From Thermodesulfovibrionales bacterium (GTDB lineage: Bacteria > Nitrospirota > Thermodesulfovibrionia > Thermodesulfovibrionales > SM23-35), in the NCBI GenBank assembly GCA_031082155.1, contig JAVHLL010000009.1, forward strand, positions 2,052-66,051: a DNA stretch of 64,000 nucleotides, in the 5' to 3' direction. Positions 1-11,435 of the stretch are shown here, in pieces (positions within the stretch are counted from its first letter, which is position 1; the number at the start of each line of letters is the position of its first letter). The notes under the pieces are model-generated. The model did no database searches. It was not told the origin of the DNA and saw only the letters and a program-made list of their open reading frames with translations. The position numbers were made by a program, and so were the translations under genes.

Positions 1-936
1 CTCTGCATACCGGCCCGAAAACTGTTCGAGATCGTGAGAGAAACGGACGGCGACCTGTCTTTTGAAACAATAGATGAGTCTTCATCAGGAGGATGGCTCA
101 GGGTAAAATCAGGCGCAAGCGAATTCAAGCTCGCTTGTCTTTCTCCTGATGATTTCCCTGCATGGCCTGCATTGGGAGATGTTGAAGAGTTGACGGTTGA
201 TGCTTCGTCCCTCCTCGAAATGATAGAAAAAACGATCTACGCCGCCGGAGAAAGTGATACAAGGTATACCCTGAACGGACTCCTGTTCCACACAAAGTCC
301 GGCGATAAGGCCCTCACCGTAGTGGGTACAGACGGACACAGACTGGCTTTTATCACAAAGGATATGGAAGGAGAGGGGAAAGAGGAAAAAAGGATCATCA
401 TACCCAGAAAGGGCGTTTCTGAACTGAGACGCTTCCTGCCTGCGGACAAGGATACCGGAGGAGAAAGAAAAACGGTCAAAATTTCTGTAGGGGAAAAGCA
501 CCTCCTGTTCAGCATTGATACCATAGAATTTTTAACAAGACTTATTGAAGGCTCATATCCGAATTATGAGAACGTTATCCCCCAGGCAAACGAGAAACAG
601 ATATTGATAGATAAGGACCCGTTTGTAAGGGTTCTCCGCAGGGTTTCGGTCATGTCGAGGGAACGGGCAAGTGCGATCAGGTTCGATCTTGACAACGACC
701 TGCTTACCGTGTTTTCATCGAGTCCCGACCTTGGTGAGGCAAAGGAAGAAGTTGTGATAGACTATAAGGGTGAGAAGATTTCCCTCGGTTTCAATGCCCG
801 GTATCTGCTCGATATTCTCGGAGCCATGACATCAGAAAAGGTTGTCCTTGAACTGCAGGACCCGCTCAGCCCGGTTCTTGTGAGAGAGGACGGGAACGAA
901 AAGTATAAGAGTGTCATTATGCCAATGCGGATATAA
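1..936 (+). CDS. dnaN: DNA polymerase III beta sliding clamp (5'-partial)
   Basis: Frame open from base 1; motifs GTDGHRLA, RLIEGSYPNY, GFNARYLLD and C-terminal IMPMRI; lies upstream of gyrB. Confidence 0.97.
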   Translation, partial: LCIPARKLFEIVRETDGDLSFETIDESSSGGWLRVKSGASEFKLACLSPDDFPAWPALGDVEELTVDASSLLEMIEKTIYAAGESDTRYTLNGLLFHTKSGDKALTVVGTDGHRLAFITKDMEGEGKEEKRIIIPRKGVSELRRFLPADKDTGGERKTVKISVGEKHLLFSIDTIEFLTRLIEGSYPNYENVIPQANEKQILIDKDPFVRVLRRVSVMSRERASAIRFDLDNDLLTVFSSSPDLGEAKEEVVIDYKGEKISLGFNARYLLDILGAMTSEKVVLELQDPLSPVLVREDGNEKYKSVIMPMRI

Positions 937-1028
937 CTTTGTTGTCGTTAACGCAAAAAAAAGATATCTGAGTATATGCGATATGACCTGTGACTACAGG
1001 GAATCACGCGAAGACCGGAGGGCATTGA

Positions 1029-3867
<2,839 letters not shown>

Positions 3868-3876
3868 GAAAAAGAT

Positions 3877-3906
3877 TTGACAAATTCTCGGTGAATACTT
3901 TATCGT
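3877..3906 (+). promoter_or_regulatory. sigma70-like promoter of the metal-uptake island
   Basis: TTGACA (3877-3882), 18 nt, TATCGT (3901-3906); inverted repeat TGAATA-N14-TATTCA (3892-3917) overlaps the -10. Confidence 0.55.
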
Positions 3907-3960
3907 AAATATATTCAAGCACGAAGTTTGAGTATTTACACACGGATTTTAGACAGTATT

Positions 3961-4013
3961 GAGCCATGAAGGTTGTCACCAGAAGGTGACGGGACGCATG
4001 GCTTTTTTGTTTT
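3961..4013 (+). terminator. intrinsic terminator-like hairpin 1 in leader
   Basis: GAGCCATG (3961-68) pairs with CATGGCTT (3997-4004), then TTTTGTTTT; inner stem GTCACC-AGAA-GGTGAC. Confidence 0.6.
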
Positions 4014-4062
4014 GATTCCATACATGCACTAAGAACAATTTAATTTCTCATTAAAAGACAAT

Positions 4063-4113
4063 AAGCCACGAAGGCACACACCGTGAAGGTGTCCTTTTGT
4101 GGCTTTTTTATTT
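4063..4113 (+). terminator. intrinsic terminator-like hairpin 2 in leader
   Basis: AAGCCACGAAGG (4063-74) pairs with CCTTTTGTGGCTT (4093-4105), then TTTTATTT immediately before the GGAGG RBS. Confidence 0.7.
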
Positions 4114-4122
4114 GGAGGAATC

Positions 4123-4836
4123 ATGGGAGATGCTTTCTGTACACTTGCGGGTGATGTTGCATACTGGGACGGCTATTCCCAATGGTACAAGTTGTGGTTC
4201 GAACATAACAATTATCACGATGAGGTGTTGGAAACCCTCATGGAAATGGTAAAGCCGGGATGGAAGGTTCTTGACGTCGGAGCAGGGAATGGCGTTCTCT
4301 CTTTGCCGTTATGCGCGATTGGATGCGAGGTCAGCGCTCTCGAACCGTCCGCCGGTATGAGAAAACTCCTCTATAAGGAAGCATACAGACGGGGCATTGA
4401 TTGGATAAGGGTCGATAATCGCAGATGGGGAGAATTTCATGATTTCTCTGCCGAATTTAATCTTATCATAGCGTGCAACAGCCTTCATCTGATGCCTCTG
4501 GGGATAGAACATTCATTGAAAAAAATATTTTCTCTTAAGCCCATGAATGTCTTTGTCGTAAGCGAGATACCATTGGAGAATTCGAAAAAACAAATCCTTT
4601 TCGATGATTACGCCAGAGCATTTACAAAAAAGAAAGTGACAGAAAGCTCTTTTGCGTATCATTCCATTGCAGAAGCAATTGAACACTGGTCTTACAAGAA
4701 CAGGAGGGCGCCTGATCCCCGCGAGGAGAGGGAAATCAGATCAAAACTCATCCGGAAACATAACCATTTCTGGATGCAGGACATGGCTTCCGTGCACATG
4801 TACTGGTGGACTCGGCATGTTGAACATGCTGCATAA
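4123..4836 (+). CDS. class I SAM-dependent methyltransferase
   Basis: Motif I VLDVGAGNG, motif II ALEPSAGM; start placed at ATG 4123 after GGAGG. Confidence 0.85.
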   Translation: MGDAFCTLAGDVAYWDGYSQWYKLWFEHNNYHDEVLETLMEMVKPGWKVLDVGAGNGVLSLPLCAIGCEVSALEPSAGMRKLLYKEAYRRGIDWIRVDNRRWGEFHDFSAEFNLIIACNSLHLMPLGIEHSLKKIFSLKPMNVFVVSEIPLENSKKQILFDDYARAFTKKKVTESSFAYHSIAEAIEHWSYKNRRAPDPREEREIRSKLIRKHNHFWMQDMASVHMYWWTRHVEHAA

Positions 4837-4880
4837 AGGAGATTTTATTATTGAACCCCTGGCAATTAAAGAAAAAAAAG

Positions 4881-6266
4881 GGTTCATTCGTAGAAAAGTT
4901 GAAAATAGAGTTGAAGGGTAGAAAAGGTAGAACCGAAGCATAGAAAAAGGAAAGCATCGAATTTCAGCCGCAACTGGTATAGTTTTGTTGTCGAAGACAA
5001 AATAATACCGGAGGAGAAATTCGATGCAATTAGATAGTGTCACGGAACTGCTGGGAATTGCAAACTTTAAAGTAGCGTATATGGTACGTCACAGCGAAAA
5101 TAGGATAGATTTGGTATTAAGACGGGTAGAGGAAAAGCCCTGTGTCTGCTCAGGATGTGGAAAAGTTCACCATACACCTATTCACAGTATAGATACGGTT
5201 ATCATTGAGGATCTGCCCATTAGTGGAAAGCGTGTGTTCCTGCATGTTCCGAAACGGCGGTCGCTCTGTCATGAAGATGAGAAAATCAGAACCGAAGAAC
5301 TTGAGTGGTTGCGAGGGAGAGTTACCCGGAGATTTGCAGAGCAGATCTACCGGCTGACTTCTATCACGACAAATAAGGAAGCCGGCTGGTTTCTGGGGTT
5401 GGATGACGAGAAGGTGTATCGAATAGACAAAGGCATGCTTGAAGAATTATCGTTACAGCGGATTCAGAAGGTTACACCTCCCCGGCATATGAGTGTTGAT
5501 GAAGTAGCGTGGCAGAAGTGGCATAAGTACGTCACGAATGTTATTGATGTCGATAAACGGAAAGTCATTTGGAACCACGAAGGGCGCGGCAAAGCAGTCC
5601 TGGATAAGTTTTATCGGAAGATAGGCAAGAAGGGATGCGGCAAGATACAGGCTGTAGCCAGTGACGGTGCCCGAGGGTTTCTGTCATCCTCAAAAGAGCA
5701 TCTGAAAAAGGCCCTGATCGTACTGGACCATTTTCACGTAAAGAAGTATCTTAACGACGCGGTTGATACTGTCAGGAAAGAAGAACTGAGGAAGGCCAGA
5801 CAACAGGAGAATCAAGAGGTGTCTGCCATCCTGCATTGCAATAAGCGATTTATCCTGATGCAAAACACGGTGACGGATAAGAAAACAGATATACTGAAGA
5901 AGCTCGAATCATTGAACGAAAGAGTCTATCAGGCAATGCTCCTCAAAGAACAGTTTCTCTCGGTTTATTCCGCAGGTAACCGGAAGGATGCCTATACGAA
6001 TCTGAGGGCTTGGATCGTGGCGGCAATAAACTCCCGGATACCATCGTTTGTTGAGCTTGGATACAAGTTCTTCAGGAAACGGCATTATGTCCTGAATTAC
6101 TTCACCTGTAAAATAACGTCCGCCATATCGGAAGGAATCAATAATAAGATAAAGAGGTTAAAGCGCATGGCTTACGGCTACAGAGACGTCAAATACTTCT
6201 TGCTCAAGATACATCAGCATTGCGGACTGTTAAGCCCTAAGCTTTCAACTTAAACACGAAAGAGAG
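4881..6266 (+). mobile_element. ISL3-family insertion sequence
   Basis: Imperfect ~24-bp terminal IRs (GGTTCATTCGTAGAAAAGTTGAAA / TTTCAACTTAAACACGAAAGAGAG); 8-bp target duplication AAAAAAAG at 4873-4880 and 6267-6274. Confidence 0.9.
5024..6253 (+). CDS. ISL3-family transposase
   Basis: N-terminal Cys zinc-finger segment CSGC; SVDE, ASD, DHFHV and SEGINNKIKRLKRMAYGYR motifs. Confidence 0.95.
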   Translation: MQLDSVTELLGIANFKVAYMVRHSENRIDLVLRRVEEKPCVCSGCGKVHHTPIHSIDTVIIEDLPISGKRVFLHVPKRRSLCHEDEKIRTEELEWLRGRVTRRFAEQIYRLTSITTNKEAGWFLGLDDEKVYRIDKGMLEELSLQRIQKVTPPRHMSVDEVAWQKWHKYVTNVIDVDKRKVIWNHEGRGKAVLDKFYRKIGKKGCGKIQAVASDGARGFLSSSKEHLKKALIVLDHFHVKKYLNDAVDTVRKEELRKARQQENQEVSAILHCNKRFILMQNTVTDKKTDILKKLESLNERVYQAMLLKEQFLSVYSAGNRKDAYTNLRAWIVAAINSRIPSFVELGYKFFRKRHYVLNYFTCKITSAISEGINNKIKRLKRMAYGYRDVKYFLLKIHQHCGLLSPKLST

Positions 6267-6321
6267 AAAAAAAGTAGTTATTGTTTCCCCTCTGGAACAT
6301 GCTAACCCTCCGGAGGACATG

Positions 6322-6354
6322 GGGTGCGGGCACCGGACCCGCACCCGGATTTTT
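6322..6354 (+). terminator. GC-rich hairpin upstream of tonB (possible terminator or attenuator)
   Basis: GGGTGCGGG-CACCGGA-CCCGCACCC perfect 9-bp stem followed by GGATTTTT. Confidence 0.4.
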
Positions 6355-6378
6355 CATTCATCGCAGGTATTTTAATAA

Positions 6379-7140
6379 ATGATAATGAAAAGGAATACAA
6401 ACATAGAAATAAACACATACGGATTGGGATACGCGCATGAGCAGCATTACGGAATAATAACGTCGCTTTCCGTCCATTCGATTATCTTCATGCTTTTCTT
6501 TATGCTCTCTCTTGTGAAAAGCGGTAATGACGTAAAAACGTATTATATCCAGTTTACCCAAATGGGGGAAGAAACAGTCCAGGCGCCTCAGTCCGCCAGT
6601 AAGATGAAGAGACCTATAGCTACTGAACCGGAAAGGAAAGTGGTGAGAGAGGAAATCCCGGTGATAAAGGATACTCCTGTTGAAGCGCATGAAGCGGTCA
6701 TCAGGGACAATGCAATTGAAACTCCTGACGTGGTCAAAGTGGCAAGCGCTCCCGAACTTGCGCCACAGCCAGAGGCAATTCACCGGCAGAGCGGGGAGGG
6801 CACAGTCAGTAATGTCGCATTTGCCTCATCCGGCACTTCTGCAATTATCGAAACAGAATTCGGTTCTACCGGAGCTCCTGCTTTTGTAAACAGGCAGATT
6901 CCGGTATATCCCATGATGGCAAAGAAGCTCGGCAAGCAGGGCAGGGTTGTTTTAAGGCTTCATATAAACGAGAAAGGAAGGCTTCTGAATATTGAAGTTG
7001 TTGAACCGGCAGGCTACGGGTTTACGGAGTCTGCCATGGAGGCGGTGAAAATGTCGACCTTTTCCCCCGCGCATGAAAAGGGCGTGAGTGTTGCATCAAA
7101 GGCTTTACTCACCGTCCGTTTCGTGTTGAAAAAGAGCTGA
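6379..7140 (+). CDS. tonB: energy transducer TonB
   Basis: TM anchor with SxxxH (SLSVHS), Pro/Glu-rich linker, C-terminal YPMMAKKLGKQGRVVL domain; precedes exbBD. Confidence 0.92.
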   Translation: MIMKRNTNIEINTYGLGYAHEQHYGIITSLSVHSIIFMLFFMLSLVKSGNDVKTYYIQFTQMGEETVQAPQSASKMKRPIATEPERKVVREEIPVIKDTPVEAHEAVIRDNAIETPDVVKVASAPELAPQPEAIHRQSGEGTVSNVAFASSGTSAIIETEFGSTGAPAFVNRQIPVYPMMAKKLGKQGRVVLRLHINEKGRLLNIEVVEPAGYGFTESAMEAVKMSTFSPAHEKGVSVASKALLTVRFVLKKS

Positions 7141-7162
7141 CGCTAATAAAGGAGAAATATAA

Positions 7163-7597
7163 ATGGAATGGCTTAAGGCAGCTGTCGATTATGGGATTAT
7201 CGGACTCCTGGTTGTTATGAGTGTTATTGCAGTTTCAATCGCGGTCGAGAGGCTACTTGTTTACCGGAACATCAGGCTGGGAGACTTCGGAGACAAGAAG
7301 TCCCTTGAAATAGAGCTCACAAATAAACTGCATATCATCGCAACAATAGGAAGCAACGCGCCGTACATAGGCCTGCTCGGCACGGTGCTCGGCATAATGC
7401 TTACCTTTTACACAATAGGCAAGGAAGGTCTAATCGATACGAGCAAGATCATGACAGGTCTTGCCCTTGCGCTGAAGGCGACGGCTATCGGACTTGTTGT
7501 TGCCATCCCGTCGATTACTTTTTACAACTTTCTTTTGAGACAGGTGAAAGTGTTGATAGCCAAATGGGAGACGGACAATGGAAGAAAAAGAATTTAA
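7163..7597 (+). CDS. exbB: TonB-system energizer ExbB (short type)
   Basis: NAPYIGLLGTVLGIM and ALKATAIGLVVAIP motifs; 144 aa. Confidence 0.95.
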   Translation: MEWLKAAVDYGIIGLLVVMSVIAVSIAVERLLVYRNIRLGDFGDKKSLEIELTNKLHIIATIGSNAPYIGLLGTVLGIMLTFYTIGKEGLIDTSKIMTGLALALKATAIGLVVAIPSITFYNFLLRQVKVLIAKWETDNGRKRI

Positions 7598-7967
7598 CTA
7601 TATGAATGTTATTCCACTGGTGGATGTGATGCTCGTACTGCTTACGATCGTCCTAACCACATCGACATTTATCGCTTCAGGAATGATAAACGTATCATTG
7701 CCGAAGGCGTCTGCCGAGCATAAGGAGATACTGAAAAATCAGACCATATCCATACATAAAGACGGAACACTCTATTTGAATGCTTATTCAATGACGCTTG
7801 ATGAATTGAGAGGAAAAGTGACCATGCTGGACAGGGAGACGCCGATGGTTATCCGTGCGGACAGGGACATCAGGCTTCAGGTATTTGTGGATGTCCTTGA
7901 TATTATCAATAACCTCGGATTCAAAAAAGTTGCGATACAGACCGAAAAGGGAGGTGAGAAAAACTAA
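7578..7967 (+). CDS. exbD: biopolymer transporter ExbD
   Basis: NVIPLVDVMLVLL, VSLPKA, IRADR. Confidence 0.95.
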   Translation: MEEKEFNYMNVIPLVDVMLVLLTIVLTTSTFIASGMINVSLPKASAEHKEILKNQTISIHKDGTLYLNAYSMTLDELRGKVTMLDRETPMVIRADRDIRLQVFVDVLDIINNLGFKKVAIQTEKGGEKN

Positions 7968-8002
7968 AAATTTCAAATTTCAAATTAAAAATTTAAAAAA
8001 TC
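7961..8002. repeat. period-7 AT-rich tandem repeat
   Basis: AAACTAA AAATTTC AAATTTC AAATTAA AAATTTA AAAAATC. Confidence 0.6.
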
Positions 8003-8117
8003 AGGGGCAGGCGTAACCTTGGAGTGGACACTCTGCCCCCGAGGGAAGCGATGCAGTTACAACGCCCCCTTGCTTTATTTTAGCAAAGAAGGGGTAAGAC
8101 AAAAAGGAGGAGTAAAT

Positions 8118-9938
8118 ATGTTTTCCAGAATTTTGTTAGCACTGTTTTTATTAGCTTCTGTTTCAACAGCATTTGCTGAAGAAGCGAAGGAAGCAAAACT
8201 GGAAGAGATAGTGGTTACTGCAACAAAAACGCCGCACACATTGGAAGATGTACCTGTTGAGACTGTCCTGATAAATAGGGAAGATATTGAAGCCTCCAAT
8301 GCAAAAAATGTGTCAGAAGTTTTAAAAGATGTCCCCGGATTTTATATACGGGGAGAGAACGTGCCCGGGTCGTCGTCTTATCTTTCAAGATTAAGGGGAT
8401 TCGATTTTGATAAGGGTTATGGACTTGTCCTTATTAATGGTGAAAGGGTGCTGGGCGGTGGCATGGGCGAGTATGGAATAAGCATTAACCAGATACCGCT
8501 TGAGATGATAGAAAGGATAGAAATCATCAAAGGACCAAGCTCTGTCCTGTATGGGAGCGATGCAGTAGCAGGTGTTGTAAATATAATTACAAAACCGATA
8601 CCTGAAAAACCGTTGTTCACACTAAGCGGAGGATATGGTTCGGAGGAAACATCTTTAGCAAGTATCAGTTACGGTCAAAAAATTAAGGACTTCGGGGTGT
8701 TAATCAGCGCCCAGCATGAGAAATCTGAAAGGGGCCGTTACAGTGCATCGGAAGACGAGTTTGAAGCACGGCATATATTAACAAAACTGTCATATGATAT
8801 CTCAGAAAAAGTTAATGCTTCAGTTGGGATAAATTATGACAAATCAGAGTGGCAGTATCAGATCGATGAAAAACTCAGATTCAGCCCGTCTCTGGAATTG
8901 ACATTGCCCGACACATCTTTCCTGAAGGTTAAAGGATACTGGCACAGGCTCGATATGGACAGTTTCTCACCCGGATATACTCGGCGCTTTGGGGATATCA
9001 CGTATACACAGGCGGAACTGCAATATACCAGACCTTTCGGTCATACACACCTTGCAACTGCAGGGGCTGAATATCTGCTGCGGGATATTGATGCAAGCTT
9101 TGCGGATAAGGAAGATACGGTCTGGAGTTTTTATCTTCAGGATGAGATGACCCTGAAACCTTTTGGTATTGTCATGGGCGGCAGAATAGATAATCATTCA
9201 CTGTATGGGACCGAATTCAATCCAAAAGCAAGTATTATGTGGGAGATTTCCGAGAAAACACGTCTGAGGGCATCAGCAGGAAGGGCGTTCAAGTCGCCGA
9301 CGATTAGGCAGCTCTATGTATTTTTCAAGCACGGGAATTGGTGGAACAGACCTAATCCGGATATGAATCCCGAAGTTTCGTGGGGCTATTCTGCAGGGAT
9401 TGAGCAGGTTATTTCAGACAAGATATCCGCCGGTTTAAGTCTTTTCAGAAATGATGTAAAAGATATTATTGTCGCAGTCAGTACGTCAGAGAAAATAGAT
9501 AATGTGCCCGTCCGTACATGGAAGAACGTAAGAGAGGCATATACACAGGGTATTGAGTTCAGCATAAAGGCCACGGTTATTGAGAACCTTGCCATGAATT
9601 TGGGGTATGCATATCTTGATACCGAGAACAAAGAACTCAATAAGGACCTGCCCTACAGCCCGCACCATACAGTCAATACCGGATTGGATTATGAGATTAA
9701 GCGCTGGCCGGCCTCACTGCACTGGAGGACAACCTATTATTCAGAGGCTTTCAGCAATGAGACAAATACATCCGAAATAAAGGGGTATTCCGTCTCAAAT
9801 CTGAAGATAATCAAAGAAATTACAAAAAACATATCTGCTTCACTGGACATAGACAATATATTCGGCTCTGATTACGGAGAGCCGGATAAAGAATGGCTCG
9901 GACGGGTATATTTCGGCAAATTAACAATTAAAATCTAA
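8118..9938 (+). CDS. TonB-dependent outer-membrane receptor (BtuB/CirA-like; probable Ni/Co or metal-complex uptake)
   Basis: Signal peptide, TonB box EEIVVTAT, plug motif IERIEIIKGPSSVLYGSDAVAGVVNIITK; ATG 8118 after AGGAGG. Confidence 0.92.
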   Translation: MFSRILLALFLLASVSTAFAEEAKEAKLEEIVVTATKTPHTLEDVPVETVLINREDIEASNAKNVSEVLKDVPGFYIRGENVPGSSSYLSRLRGFDFDKGYGLVLINGERVLGGGMGEYGISINQIPLEMIERIEIIKGPSSVLYGSDAVAGVVNIITKPIPEKPLFTLSGGYGSEETSLASISYGQKIKDFGVLISAQHEKSERGRYSASEDEFEARHILTKLSYDISEKVNASVGINYDKSEWQYQIDEKLRFSPSLELTLPDTSFLKVKGYWHRLDMDSFSPGYTRRFGDITYTQAELQYTRPFGHTHLATAGAEYLLRDIDASFADKEDTVWSFYLQDEMTLKPFGIVMGGRIDNHSLYGTEFNPKASIMWEISEKTRLRASAGRAFKSPTIRQLYVFFKHGNWWNRPNPDMNPEVSWGYSAGIEQVISDKISAGLSLFRNDVKDIIVAVSTSEKIDNVPVRTWKNVREAYTQGIEFSIKATVIENLAMNLGYAYLDTENKELNKDLPYSPHHTVNTGLDYEIKRWPASLHWRTTYYSEAFSNETNTSEIKGYSVSNLKIIKEITKNISASLDIDNIFGSDYGEPDKEWLGRVYFGKLTIKI

Positions 9939-9953
9939 AAAGGAGCAGTCATT

Positions 9954-10706
9954 ATGAGAAAAAACAGACGTAAATTCTTTTTGAGCATCTTTTTGGTATT
10001 TGTTTGTTTCTTTGTAAATTCCAATCTGGCAATGGCTCATGATTTATGGCTAAATGTTGATAATCATTATCCGGAAGCAGGAGAAAAGACTACAGTTAAG
10101 GTAGTGTTTGGTCACAATTTTCCATACTACGATATTTTAATCACCAGAGACAAGCTGACCGGCTTCTCTTATCTTTGTCCCGACGGACAAATAAGGGAAG
10201 TTGAAAAGACCTGGGAAGATAAAAAGGAGGAATCCAAAGAAGGTTACGGTTACAGGGCAGGCGCATTGGCAGGTGTTATTACCCTCGATCAGAAAGGGAC
10301 TTATGTGGTTGCCGCTTCCAGAAAAGTAAAAGGGGACCGTGAACATGTGACATCAGAAAAATACGGCAAATCCATAATTATTGCAGGCAAAGGGAATGAA
10401 ATGGTCAGTAAACCATTCGGCCACAGAATCGAGATTGTACCTCTAAAAAATCCTTCGGAGATTAAGCCCGGAGATGAGTTCCCTGTAAGGGTTCTTTTTG
10501 AAGGAAAGCCTCTTTCTACATATGTGTATGCCACCTATGCAGGCTACTTCTCTGAAGATGAACCATTTCCGTTTTTCACAAAAAGCAATGAAGATGGAGT
10601 TGCCTATATGAAGATTCCTCAAGCCGGCACCTGGATGCTTGTATGCAATCATAAAGTCGATTTCTCCGCATCACTGACTTTTAAAATAGCTGAAGGGTAT
10701 AAATAA
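9954..10706 (+). CDS. DUF4198-like periplasmic protein (Ni/Co uptake associated)
   Basis: Signal peptide ending AMA|HDLWL; IEIVPLKNP, VLFEGKPL, GTWML motifs. Confidence 0.8.
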   Translation: MRKNRRKFFLSIFLVFVCFFVNSNLAMAHDLWLNVDNHYPEAGEKTTVKVVFGHNFPYYDILITRDKLTGFSYLCPDGQIREVEKTWEDKKEESKEGYGYRAGALAGVITLDQKGTYVVAASRKVKGDREHVTSEKYGKSIIIAGKGNEMVSKPFGHRIEIVPLKNPSEIKPGDEFPVRVLFEGKPLSTYVYATYAGYFSEDEPFPFFTKSNEDGVAYMKIPQAGTWMLVCNHKVDFSASLTFKIAEGYK

Positions 10707-10727
10707 AGAATATGGAGGAATTACACA

Positions 10728-11435
10728 ATGAAGAAAAAACTGTTTGCAATTATCGTTCTCGTTCTACTTTTGACACAGCCAGCATTTGCCCATCACCTCT
10801 GGATAGAAAAAGAAGGTGATATTTTTAAAGTATTGTGGGGTCATCCACCGGAGACAAACCCCTATGAGCCAGAAAAGTTGAAGGAGGCAAAGGCATTTGA
10901 CAGCAAGGGGAAAAAAGTCCCATTGGCAAGAAAAAATGAAAAGGATGCAATGTATTTGTCTTCAAAATCGGATGTTTCGATGATAGTCGTTTCATTTGAA
11001 GGCGGTTATCTTGTGACCACACCTGATGGAAAAAAGAGACTTGCAAAAAGAGAGGCTGAAAAGTCAGGTTTGCAGATAATAGATTCTGTTTACTCCACAC
11101 AATATGCAAAGGGTTTATTTGTCTGCAGTGAAAGTACAGCAAAGCCTTCAGGCTTACAATTCGAGATTGTGCCGCTCAAAAATCCTTGCAAGGCAAAACC
11201 GAATGAGATGCTTCCTCTCAGAATTTACTTTGATGGAAAACCCCTTGAAGGAGCGATCGTAGAAACAGGAAATCACGCTGAGGCCGGCAGAACTGACAAG
11301 GACGGTAATTTCAGTATAAAAGTGTCTGAAAAGAGCATGCAGATTATCCTAGCAAAATATAGGATTCCAACAAAAGATAACCCTGATGCTGATTTTCTGT
11401 CTTATACCACAGTCCTCTCATGGGTGATGAAGTGA
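10728..11435 (+). CDS. second DUF4198-like periplasmic protein
   Basis: AFA|HHLWIE, WGH, FEIVPLKNP, YFDGKPL, RTDKDG. Confidence 0.8.
   Translation: MKKKLFAIIVLVLLLTQPAFAHHLWIEKEGDIFKVLWGHPPETNPYEPEKLKEAKAFDSKGKKVPLARKNEKDAMYLSSKSDVSMIVVSFEGGYLVTTPDGKKRLAKREAEKSGLQIIDSVYSTQYAKGLFVCSESTAKPSGLQFEIVPLKNPCKAKPNEMLPLRIYFDGKPLEGAIVETGNHAEAGRTDKDGNFSIKVSEKSMQIILAKYRIPTKDNPDADFLSYTTVLSWVMK

Larger units (their letters stand above)
3911..4113 (+). ncRNA. putative structured cis-regulatory leader (tandem attenuator with five GAA-loop hairpins)
   Basis: Hairpin loops ACGAA, ATGAA, AGAA, ACGAA, GTGAA, all closed by C-G; two similar units AGCCAYGAAGG...CC(N)NGAAGG...RTGGCTTTTTT. Confidence 0.6.

Noticed and set aside
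3966-3989. uORF MKVVTRR* in the leader as a classical attenuator peptide
   Set aside because: No RBS, and the second unit has ACG at the equivalent position, so it is not conserved between units
3911-4113. Leader as a cobalamin, NiCo or SAM riboswitch, or an ANTAR target
   Set aside because: No B12 box or other recognisable core; loops are 4-5 nt NNGAA rather than A1/G4 hexaloops; no ANTAR protein in the window
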